Below, one piece after another: positions 46,773 to 54,675 of a DNA stretch of 64,000 bases (position 1 is the first letter of the stretch; the number at the start of each line of letters is the position of its first letter). The notes under the pieces are model-generated. The model did not search any database, was not told where the DNA came from, and saw only the letters and a list, made by a program, of their open reading frames with translations. Both the position numbers and the translations under genes were made by a program. Source of the stretch: Candidatus Woesearchaeota archaeon (GTDB lineage: Archaea; Nanobdellota; Nanobdellia; Pacearchaeales; UBA284); assembly GCA_964599615.1 (NCBI GenBank), contig CAZRGF010000003.1:26289-90288 (forward strand), written 5' to 3'.

Positions 46773-47603
46773 TTATGTTTTCTTCTTTTTCAGAGGGTCT
46801 ATTTTTTCGCCGTTCAAGAGTCTTGCCATATCACTATTTCTTAATTTGTTTAGAAAAACGCTTTTTTCAAAAGTTTCTTTTAATGTAAGTTCTTTATATT
46901 TCTTCTTATCAATCTTATTTAAATATTTTAAATTTTCCACTACTGAAAAAATTAATGCATAAACCATAATCAAACCCAGAACAGTCCCAAAAACATCCGT
47001 CAAAGTAAACATCACTCCAAAAAGTTTAAACAAAGGATGAGGAAATCCTGGAATAATTAACAGCACAATGCCATAAACAAACAGTAGCATCCTGCCCTCT
47101 GTGCCACCAACACCCCCCCAACCAATCTTATATCTTCCTTGAGTAAAAGCGGCCAGGGTAGATGTAAATGATAAAAATAAAAAGAGGATGCCTACAATCA
47201 AAGCGATTGAAAGTTGTAATAAGGGAGAAAGTCCAAAACCTAAGACAATTAAAAAAACACAGAAGCAATCAAAAAAATGGTCCAAAAAATAACCATATCT
47301 TGGACGTTGTATATCTCGATATCGTGCAACCTCCCCATCAAAAGAGTCACCGAACCATTGGAAAATCCACATAAAACATCCTAATATCAACCACCATTTG
47401 CTGTATGTTGAAAGAAAATAAGACAACCCCAAAAGAACAGAAGAGAAAACAGCAATAAATGTCAGCCTATCGGGAGTTAAAAATAAAGGCAATTTTTGAA
47501 CCCACTTTTCAATTATCTTTCTTTCTGTTGGATAAAAGAATCCGCCAGTTCGGGATTTGTCTGCTTTTTTTATTTTTTCCTTCAATCTATCAGACTTATT
47601 CAT
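46773..47603 (-). CDS. CDP-alcohol phosphatidyltransferase family protein
   Basis: DGEVARYRDIQRPRYGYFLDHFFD matches DGx2ARx8Gx3Dx3D. Multi-TM. Confidence 0.85.
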   Translation of the reverse strand: MNKSDRLKEKIKKADKSRTGGFFYPTERKIIEKWVQKLPLFLTPDRLTFIAVFSSVLLGLSYFLSTYSKWWLILGCFMWIFQWFGDSFDGEVARYRDIQRPRYGYFLDHFFDCFCVFLIVLGFGLSPLLQLSIALIVGILFLFLSFTSTLAAFTQGRYKIGWGGVGGTEGRMLLFVYGIVLLIIPGFPHPLFKLFGVMFTLTDVFGTVLGLIMVYALIFSVVENLKYLNKIDKKKYKELTLKETFEKSVFLNKLRNSDMARLLNGEKIDPLKKKKT

Positions 47604-47700
47604 GATAATAATAAAAATCTGTATTTAAATCCTTATCGTTTTTTATATCTTTCAGAACATGAATATTTAAAAACAAGGATTAATACATTAAAAAGTAAAA

Positions 47701-47994
47701 ATGTTAACTCAACTATTATTGGCTTTGATGATGTCTATTAATCCAGCCAAATTAAACAAAGATTCTAGGATTCCTTACCGAGATACATTACCCATGCCCT
47801 CAAATCCTAAACCGCTTTATAATTCAAAAAATTTAGAAAGATCTCCTGTTCTAAGGTCAAAATACATTTGGGAGATATTCGACGCAAGAGGTCCTGTTAG
47901 TGACGAATATGGGGGCAATCCTGAAGAAGGAAGCCATGAAGGAGCAAGAGTAGGAGAAAGGAGCACAGAATATAATCGCAGGTTAGGTGATTAG
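47701..47994 (+). CDS. hypothetical protein (97 aa), weak
   Basis: ORF-track ORF with Pro/Gly/Glu-rich composition. No SD noticed. Confidence 0.3.
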   Translation: MLTQLLLALMMSINPAKLNKDSRIPYRDTLPMPSNPKPLYNSKNLERSPVLRSKYIWEIFDARGPVSDEYGGNPEEGSHEGARVGERSTEYNRRLGD

Positions 47995-47997
47995 AAA

Positions 47998-48129
47998 CTT
48001 GACTTCGTCAGAGATATGTTGTAAAATAGTTTTATTTGATTCTTGATTTTGTCTTCGAAGAATTCTTAAGAAAATCAGAACGCATGGAAAGCAGTCAATT
48101 ATAACTTAACTCGCATTGGCGAAGTCAAG
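47998..48129. mobile_element. MITE-like element, copy P3 (132 bp)
   Basis: Ends cttgacttcgtcagag / ctcgcattggcgaagtcaag, with perfect 10-bp TIR CTTGACTTCG. Flanks ttagaaa (47991-97) and ttagaag (48130-36). Confidence 0.55.
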
Positions 48130-48137
48130 TTAGAAGA

Positions 48138-48803
48138 TTACAAATCCCTTATATTGACAAACTTGTGGTCTAAAGCTAATCCAGGACAAGCAGTATTCGC
48201 ATAAGACTCTATTTCAGGAAAATTCTCAAATTGATTCATGTCTAAGTTATCAAACAAGAAGAGATAAGCTTTCTTTTTTTCACCGCCTTTTTCTTCAGAT
48301 TCGAATTTTTCTTTTAGTTTTAATGCTCCAAAAATATTTGACTGGCCTGATTTTATTGAGACCAAAATTCCCACTTTATCAGAAGTCAAAAATTTTGCTT
48401 TAGAAACTTCTTTTCTTATTCGAAATTTTTCAACTTCTTTCCAGTCAAGTTCAGAAAATTCTTTGGATAATGGATTCAGGGTATAAATTCTTTTTTTCTT
48501 TTTCAATGCTAAAGCTAATTGAATAGGATGAAACTTTCCAGAACCAAGATAAATAAAAGCATCTACATTGTCTTCTATTTTAGTAGCAGAATCAGCATTA
48601 CAACCAAGAATCTGTCCATTACCATAAACCAAGACTTCTTTCCCCAGATTCTCAAGTTCTTTTTTCAGAATTGGAAGCATGCTCAAAGACTGTACAGTAG
48701 AAACCAAACCAATTTTATCTGGAATTTTCTTTAATTTCTCTTTGATGGATTCAGAAATAGAGAAAAGCTGTTTGTATTGCGCTTTAATTAAAACTACTTC
48801 CAT
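48138..48803 (-). CDS. compact Dph2-like protein (diphthamide synthesis, radical-SAM type)
   Basis: ILGCNADSA...DAFIYLGSGKFHP and ANTACPGLALD resemble Dph2 domains 1 and 3. Only 221 aa against about 330 typically. Confidence 0.5.
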   Translation of the reverse strand: MEVVLIKAQYKQLFSISESIKEKLKKIPDKIGLVSTVQSLSMLPILKKELENLGKEVLVYGNGQILGCNADSATKIEDNVDAFIYLGSGKFHPIQLALALKKKKRIYTLNPLSKEFSELDWKEVEKFRIRKEVSKAKFLTSDKVGILVSIKSGQSNIFGALKLKEKFESEEKGGEKKKAYLFLFDNLDMNQFENFPEIESYANTACPGLALDHKFVNIRDL

Positions 48804-48804
48804 A

Positions 48805-49191
48805 CTAAAAAGATTCTTGTGCTGGTTCTATTCTAGGTGCTGGCATTGATGGCTTGAAAATATCTACAAAAGGTGGTGTAACTAAAATCATGTTCTCACC
48901 AAATCCCGCGATATTGCCTTCTAATGCATCAACAGTCTTCTTTAGCTTTGAAATAGACCTTTTTAGCTCGATTATATCCTTTGTCTTCAAGGGCTTGATA
49001 TCAATTAAAGCTATTGTGTTTCCTTCTCTCAAAATCTCTAATATTCTATTAGTGTCCTCGAAAGTCTTTAACACAAATGGCCTTAGTACTATCTTGCCTT
49101 TTTTAGGTACATCTCTGCCAACATCTACTTCAATGTAGTCCGAAACTTGTTCAGAATCTCCACCAAAAACTTTTTGAAAAAATGATGCCAT
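48805..49191 (-). CDS. sepF: cell division protein SepF
   Basis: 128 aa; ILREGNTIALIDIKPL...LKKTVDALEGNIAGFGENMILVTP matches the SepF core pattern. Confidence 0.7.
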   Translation of the reverse strand: MASFFQKVFGGDSEQVSDYIEVDVGRDVPKKGKIVLRPFVLKTFEDTNRILEILREGNTIALIDIKPLKTKDIIELKRSISKLKKTVDALEGNIAGFGENMILVTPPFVDIFKPSMPAPRIEPAQESF

Positions 49192-49284
49192 TTTTTTATT
49201 GTTCCTTTTTTTTATTTAATATCCTATAGAAAAGAAGTCGATTTATAAACTTTTTGTCAATGCTTTATATGTATTAAAAAACCA

Positions 49285-49608
49285 CTATTTTTGACTTTTT
49301 AGCAGTTCTCCCCTGACTTTCAGACTTTTTTTGGTAAAGTCTTCTTCCTGTTTTTCTATTGATTTCATCCTCAATTCAAGAAGTTCTTTTTTGTGATCAA
49401 GTTCTTTTTTCAAACTTTCCTTCTCTGCTTTGAACATCAGATTACCGACAATCTTATAGACTTCTCCCTTGACATCTTTTAGGCTATTCAACGCATTTTC
49501 AGTTTCAGCAAGTTCTAATTGGAATATTTGTTTCTGCAATAATAAATTCTGGATAGCCTGTTCTATCATCTGCAACTCTTCTAAGCTATTCTGTTTTTCT
49601 GATGCCAT
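49285..49608 (-). CDS. pfdB: prefoldin subunit beta
   Basis: 107-aa coiled coil-hairpin-coiled coil (VYKIVGNLMFKAEKE). Typical neighbourhood with rpoP and L37Ae. Confidence 0.7.
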   Translation of the reverse strand: MASEKQNSLEELQMIEQAIQNLLLQKQIFQLELAETENALNSLKDVKGEVYKIVGNLMFKAEKESLKKELDHKKELLELRMKSIEKQEEDFTKKSLKVRGELLKSQK

Positions 49609-49629
49609 TTTGATTGATGAAAAATTAAT

Positions 49630-49767
49630 TTAAACTGCTTTAACTTTTTTAACAGCAACTCTGGATTTAAAGAAAACTTTTGCTCCACAATTTGGGCACG
49701 AAAATCTTGCTTTTAGAGCTCTATCAGTAACTTGTTTCCCGCAAAAAAAACACTTATAGTCTGTCAT
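49630..49767 (-). CDS. rpoP: DNA-directed RNA polymerase subunit P (Rpo12)
   Basis: Not in the track. Translation MTDYKCFFCGKQVTDRALKARFSCPNCGAKVFFKSRVAVKKVKAV (CxxC-x13-CxxC zinc ribbon, 45 aa). Confidence 0.7.
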   Translation of the reverse strand: MTDYKCFFCGKQVTDRALKARFSCPNCGAKVFFKSRVAVKKVKAV

Positions 49768-49809
49768 TTTTTTATCTAGTTATATTAAAATCTTTTAATT
49801 TTTAAACCT

Positions 49810-50031
49810 TTACTCTTCTGAAACAGTATATGCTCCAGCTGTAAATCTCTTCTTGCAGCTCTTGCAAAGCCACAATCCTTTAGCTTCTCTCTTACATGAA
49901 AGTTTTCCGCAATAAGGGCATTTTTGTTTTGCTTTTCTTTTTATCTCAACCGCATTCCATCTAGCCCTCACAGTTGCCCCATATCTGACTCCGAATCTTC
50001 CTGAAGCTCCGACTTTCTTTGTCTTTGTCAT
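49810..50031 (-). CDS. rpl37ae: ribosomal protein L37Ae (eL43)
   Basis: GASGRFGVRYGATVR...CPYCGK...CKSCKKRFTAGAY. Confidence 0.9.
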   Translation of the reverse strand: MTKTKKVGASGRFGVRYGATVRARWNAVEIKRKAKQKCPYCGKLSCKREAKGLWLCKSCKKRFTAGAYTVSEE

Positions 50032-50094
50032 ATTGGATTTTACCTTTGGTTATGTTTATCTAATAAAAAGATGGTTTATAAAACTTATTAAGAA

Positions 50095-50712
50095 CTATAA
50101 GTTTTCGGGATTTGTGCATCTTATATTCAATCCTGCTTCTCTAGCGAAAACAAGAGGAAACTCATTTTGTGCTAATTCAGTATCATGATCCCTCATCACA
50201 TCAAGAACATTCATCAATTTATAAGGTTCTTTAAAAAAGAAAGTAAAGTGTTCTTCCCCGTCATATTTTGCTAAAAGTTGCTTAAAAGCTCCCAGCAACA
50301 TTTTTCCAGCACATTCATAAGCTCCGCTCTTAACATATGGATTTGTAGCTGCTCTTACAAACACTGCAGCAATGTTATTATAATGTTTTCCTTCACCAAT
50401 CATTTCCTTATGACTCTCAAGCATTCCTTGGGGCAAATCAGTAGGTAGAATATATAATCTAGCTCCTCTTGCAAACACCATTCCCCCCTCCTTAAGAAGG
50501 AGATTGATACCGATTAGTTGTTCCAAATCATTTCTAATCTTGCTTACTGGAATTTCATGACTTAAGGTAAGTGCCTTGACAATATCGTGCCTTGGATTTG
50601 GGTCAATATAATCATAACAAGATTCTTCTCCTTCAACATAGTTATCTCCAGCTTCCAAATAATGTTTAACAACTTGGCTTTTGTCTAAATCTATCATTTT
50701 AATCTGAATCAC
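50095..50712 (-). CDS. hypothetical protein (205 aa)
   Basis: 14-nt overlap with the upstream ORF. No motif recognised. Confidence 0.5.
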   Translation of the reverse strand: MIQIKMIDLDKSQVVKHYLEAGDNYVEGEESCYDYIDPNPRHDIVKALTLSHEIPVSKIRNDLEQLIGINLLLKEGGMVFARGARLYILPTDLPQGMLESHKEMIGEGKHYNNIAAVFVRAATNPYVKSGAYECAGKMLLGAFKQLLAKYDGEEHFTFFFKEPYKLMNVLDVMRDHDTELAQNEFPLVFAREAGLNIRCTNPENL

Positions 50713-51118
50713 CTGGCAACCTATATCTAGACCCCCTATAGTAAGAATAAAATGGAAGTTCTAAAGTAACCTTGCGGTCTCTATCCTGCCTTCCTTCAAG
50801 CATATCTTGTTTTACAATTTGCTCAATCACCTGATTAACCGCATTTCCTCGCCTATTCTCGGGAATAAGTTCTAATCTTCTGACTTGATTGGAATCCACA
50901 TTAAACTGTGTAACAGAGACTTGATTAAATTCACTTCTTTCTCTATCAAAATCAATTTCATAAAATGTACCTTTATAGACATAGGCTTTTTTTAGCTCTC
51001 CATCTTCTTTCTTAGCTACTTCACAATCAACACAGCATTTGCATCTTACAGAAGGAAGAATTCTAACCATCTTTCCATCATATTTTTTCAACAATCTAGC
51101 TAGACTCTCTGGTTTCAT
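50699..51118 (-). CDS. hypothetical protein (139 aa) with a CKCCVDC cluster
   Basis: ORF-track ORF, translationally coupled to 50095..50712. Confidence 0.5.
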   Translation of the reverse strand: MKPESLARLLKKYDGKMVRILPSVRCKCCVDCEVAKKEDGELKKAYVYKGTFYEIDFDRERSEFNQVSVTQFNVDSNQVRRLELIPENRRGNAVNQVIEQIVKQDMLEGRQDRDRKVTLELPFYSYYRGSRYRLPGDSD

Positions 51119-51249
51119 AGAACTCTGATATTCTTAGCTTTTTTAAATCTTTTGTTCTGTTATCATTCAATAATTACTAAGAAAAAAATTTAAGTTATTG
51201 TATTTGGGATTAAAAAGATTTAAATAAACTCTTTCTTCTGTTTTGTTAA

Positions 51250-51323
51250 GGGGCTGTATTATAACTTGGTTAGTATTCGGGTCTTGGGCACCCGTGATCT
51301 GGGTTCAAATCCCAGCAGCCCCA
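51250..51323 (+). tRNA. tRNA-Pro (TGG)
   Basis: ggggctg/cagcccc acceptor. Anticodon stem cgggt/acccg with loop ctTGGgc. T arm ctggg-ttcaaat-cccag. AT-rich D arm. Confidence 0.85.
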
Positions 51324-51335
51324 TTTCTCCCTTTT

Positions 51336-53465
51336 TCAATCAAATTTGATGACAAACTGTTTGTCTTTTGCTATTTTTTTAGGATCACATTCATATTTAT
51401 GAAATGCTCTTACTTGATGAAGATTAGGGACATTCAACACGCCCCCTCCTAACGTCTTGATAAATAAATAGTCTCCTTGGAAATCAACAACACTTGCTTT
51501 TCCTTCTAAATTTTGTTTAAGTTTTTTATAAGAGTCTGCTATTGATTTTTCAAGTTCAGTAAAAGCAAAACCATAGTTATTTTGAAAAAACCATCTTCTG
51601 TAACCCGAAGTCCTGTTCAAAGAAAGAGCCTTATTGAAATCTCTTGATTTTGTAGCATTAATAAAATCTGATGAAGCACTTTTAGCCAAATAATAGTCTA
51701 AGAACAAGTCTACACAAAAAGTTTTCAAATAACTTAAAAAACCAAGCCTAATCTGTGATGCTTTCTTATCATCTTGCCCCGAATTAGTCCAGTCATAAAC
51801 GCCTTTTAAAGAAGGGCAATACTGAAAAATTTTTTCTTGCAAAGCTTCTTCTAATGAAAAGTAATACTCTCCAACATTCTCATGCAGTCCAGTTTGTTTT
51901 GAAAAGCCCACCTGTTTTAATCTTTTGTCTTTAAATGCCCCAAACTTCCTGATAAAATCCTGCCTTTCATCTATCCTCCTTTTCTTAGCATAATTTATCC
52001 TTAACAAATTCCCATATCCCTCAAAATAAATCTTTTCATGAAGTTTATCCATGCAGTTTGTGAATGAAGCAATTTCACTTAACGTGCAGAACGGCAAAAC
52101 GCCTTTAACACTAAAAACAAGTTCAAGTGGCAATCTTCTAAAAATTTCTCTTGTTTTACCCAAATCAGCACAAGAATATTCTAACAATTTTTTAGCAGCC
52201 CTAACCCTAATATCTAAACTGTCTCCTAAAAGCCTTGATAATTCAACTTCTCTTAATTGTTCGTGAGACAAAGATTTTTCAAAATCAATTCCAAAAGAAT
52301 TTGCAACATCTGCTAATTTTAAACTTGTTCCAAATCTCCTCTGTTTTAAATGTGGTTTAAGAATATTCGAATCCCAAAGAGTATCGATATAAACCATGTC
52401 TTGTCTAAGCCTTTGTAAGAAATGCTCAATGAAATCTCTTTTAGGTTTAACCTTAGAAACAGCAGGGTCAAAAATTAAGCCAATTTTTTCAGCTGCAAAC
52501 CTGATCTGCGTAACATCATAAACTTGATTATGCCCGCAACAGACAATAGGGTTTCTTTCATGATATTTCCCAATTAAATTCTCTATTAAGTCATGTTCTG
52601 TTTTAAATTTCAGAATATGATAACCATTAGAAGAATCTGTCTGAATCTCGCTGTTAGGGTCATAGACAAAAAGTTCCTTGGTTTCTTTTCCCCCATCTTG
52701 CCAGATAGTTGTTACAAAAGCAACTCTTGCATCAACTTTCTCTTCCCATAATTTAACTTTTCCAATGATCGGAAATTCTTTTGTAAGATGCTCTTCTAAA
52801 CCAACAATTCGTTCCATTCTCTCAGCATGCTTCTGTATTTCCCCTTCATCACACTGCTTTTTTCTCTTGTATTTATTTTCTAATTTAAGCAGTTTTTCTC
52901 TTTCATCTAAAAATTCTTTTTCATCATCATGCTTCCACAGAGGTTTTTCTATGTCTATAAAAAGAATAGGCAGTTGATTAAATTGACTATAAGAAATAGT
53001 TTTTCCAAAATCAATTTCTTCCAATTCTGCGTCAGCCTCTCCTTCTGAAATTCTTCTTTCAAGATTTTCGCTTAATGAACAAACCCTATCTGGGAAAAAC
53101 CCACCAAAACGAATTAATTTGTCATAACTCCCTATCTGAAAAAATCTTTTTTGGATAGTTTTCCCAAAACATGGGCTTTCTAGTCTTTTAATAATCTGGA
53201 GATCATGGGGCATTATTATGGAATAAACAAACCTCTTGCCAAATTTCTTTTTTTCTAATTTAAACTCCTTAAGGACTTCATCCCTAGCTATTTCTGCTTC
53301 AAGAACTTCTGATTCTTGTTCATTTAAGAACCTTGTGGGAATTCTTAATTCAGCATTTAAATAAATCTTAGTCTTTCTTCTACCCTCTAAATCAAAAAGC
53401 CCGAGAACAAGCCTATTTCTTGACTTTTGTTTTTTTTCAAATTCAACAAAATAGTTATACCACAT
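51336..53465 (-). CDS. family B DNA polymerase-like protein: DEDDy exonuclease motifs intact, palm motifs degenerate, no thumb-length C-terminus
   Basis: QKRFFQIG (compare AKRYLID), LFIDIEKP (Exo I), CCGHNQVYDVTQI (Exo II) and YSCADLGKT (Exo III). Candidate motif A/B/C positions read EYYFSLEEA, RRWFFQNNYGF and FQGDYLFI. Only about 40 aa follow. Confidence 0.5.
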   Translation of the reverse strand: MWYNYFVEFEKKQKSRNRLVLGLFDLEGRRKTKIYLNAELRIPTRFLNEQESEVLEAEIARDEVLKEFKLEKKKFGKRFVYSIIMPHDLQIIKRLESPCFGKTIQKRFFQIGSYDKLIRFGGFFPDRVCSLSENLERRISEGEADAELEEIDFGKTISYSQFNQLPILFIDIEKPLWKHDDEKEFLDEREKLLKLENKYKRKKQCDEGEIQKHAERMERIVGLEEHLTKEFPIIGKVKLWEEKVDARVAFVTTIWQDGGKETKELFVYDPNSEIQTDSSNGYHILKFKTEHDLIENLIGKYHERNPIVCCGHNQVYDVTQIRFAAEKIGLIFDPAVSKVKPKRDFIEHFLQRLRQDMVYIDTLWDSNILKPHLKQRRFGTSLKLADVANSFGIDFEKSLSHEQLREVELSRLLGDSLDIRVRAAKKLLEYSCADLGKTREIFRRLPLELVFSVKGVLPFCTLSEIASFTNCMDKLHEKIYFEGYGNLLRINYAKKRRIDERQDFIRKFGAFKDKRLKQVGFSKQTGLHENVGEYYFSLEEALQEKIFQYCPSLKGVYDWTNSGQDDKKASQIRLGFLSYLKTFCVDLFLDYYLAKSASSDFINATKSRDFNKALSLNRTSGYRRWFFQNNYGFAFTELEKSIADSYKKLKQNLEGKASVVDFQGDYLFIKTLGGGVLNVPNLHQVRAFHKYECDPKKIAKDKQFVIKFD

Positions 53466-53536
53466 ACTTTCTATAATAAAAACTCTTTTTTAATGATTAT
53501 TAGCTTAGAAAACACATTATAAAATAGAATTTAATT

Positions 53537-54244
53537 CTACTTTTTCTTTTTCTTCTCTTCTTTCTTAGCTTCTGGTTTCGCAGCAGCAGCTGGTGCAGCA
53601 GCGGCAGCAACTGGTGCAGCAGCACCTTCCGCAGGAGCAGCTCCCGCAGCAACCGCAGTTTTTGCTTCTTTCTTAGCTTCCAATTCTTTAAGATAAGCTT
53701 CTTGAACTTTCTGGATTTTCGCAAATTCCTGTACTAATTGTTCTAATTTCTCTGGGGATGCACTTTCAACACCTTTAGAGATAAGATCATTATATTTCCC
53801 TTGCTCAACTTCTTGGATTACTTCCCTAGGGTCCCTGCTTTCAACTAATAATCCTATTGAAACACAAGTTCCAAGAACCGCTGAAACAGCTTCATTCATA
53901 CTATTAACAGTCATGTCTTTTTCTTTTATTTTAGCAACTTTGATGACTTGTTCTATTGCTAGATTCCCCATCTTTATCTTATTAGGTTCAGGAGAACCTT
54001 TTTCTAATGAAATTTCTTTTTTTAATAAAGCAGAAGTAGGTGGTGTTGCTACAATGACTTTGTAATCTTTTGTCTTAGTATTTATATCCAGAGTTATAGG
54101 AACTTTCATCCCATGAAATTCAGAAGTTGATTTATTGATATCCGCAATAATTTTGCCCATATTCATCCCCAGTGGCCCCATTTTCTGTGAAAGTGCTGGC
54201 CCTGGTTTCATTGCTCCGCCATCAACTAATAATTTGATTTCCAT
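53537..54244 (-). CDS. rpl11: ribosomal protein uL11 with an approximately 70-aa Ala/Pro/Lys-rich C-terminal extension
   Basis: LVDGGAMKPGPALSQKMGPLGMNMGKI...ATPPTSALLKKE is the uL11 core. Tail: AAGAAPAEGAAAPVAAAAAPAAAAKPEAKKEEKKKKK. Confidence 0.85.
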   Translation of the reverse strand: MEIKLLVDGGAMKPGPALSQKMGPLGMNMGKIIADINKSTSEFHGMKVPITLDINTKTKDYKVIVATPPTSALLKKEISLEKGSPEPNKIKMGNLAIEQVIKVAKIKEKDMTVNSMNEAVSAVLGTCVSIGLLVESRDPREVIQEVEQGKYNDLISKGVESASPEKLEQLVQEFAKIQKVQEAYLKELEAKKEAKTAVAAGAAPAEGAAAPVAAAAAPAAAAKPEAKKEEKKKKK

Positions 54245-54289
54245 GTTTTGATTGTAAGTATTTGGTAATGAAATGAATATGCTTAACCA

Positions 54290-54340
54290 CTTACAGATGG
54301 CTCAAGAGCCAAAGTTTGTAGTTCTGCACTTCGTTTTTCT
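54290..54340 (-). repeat. REP-like bipartite intergenic element, copy F5
   Basis: Minus-strand read: agaaaaacgaagtgcagaactacaaactttGGCTCttGAGCCatctgtaag. Lies between L35Ae and uL11. Confidence 0.45.
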
Positions 54341-54368
54341 TTTAATATTAACTCTTATTCCTCCGTAT

Positions 54369-54632
54369 TTATTTTATCTCAACTTCATCATTTATTGCTT
54401 GTCCAGGCAATCCTTGTCCTTGATTAAAACAAGCCTTGACATGCCCTTTATTTCCGTGCAAACCAGTAATTGTCCCTTCTAACAGCTTTCCAGAAGGAGA
54501 TTTCCAAACTACCTTCTTTCCAACCAGGGGCTTAGCCTTTTCCTTTTTATCCATATTCTCTATTTCGATAATGAAATGTCTTGATTTTTGGACTTTTAAT
54601 CCTCGTCTAAAACTTAATACTTTGCCTTTCAT
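54369..54632 (-). CDS. rpl35ae: ribosomal protein L35Ae (eL33)
   Basis: MKGKVLSFRRGLKVQKSRHFIIEIE...GKKVVWKSPSGK...GTITGLHGNKGHVKACF. Confidence 0.85.
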   Translation of the reverse strand: MKGKVLSFRRGLKVQKSRHFIIEIENMDKKEKAKPLVGKKVVWKSPSGKLLEGTITGLHGNKGHVKACFNQGQGLPGQAINDEVEIK

Positions 54633-54675
54633 ATTCAGAGTAAATAAAGACCATTTTTAAAGTTTGCCTTTTGCT

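Noticed and set aside
53500-53724. A 74-aa Lys/Leu/Arg-rich ORF overlapping the 3' end of uL11.
   Set aside because: It is an alternative frame of the low-complexity Ala/Lys tail region, with no independent start signals.
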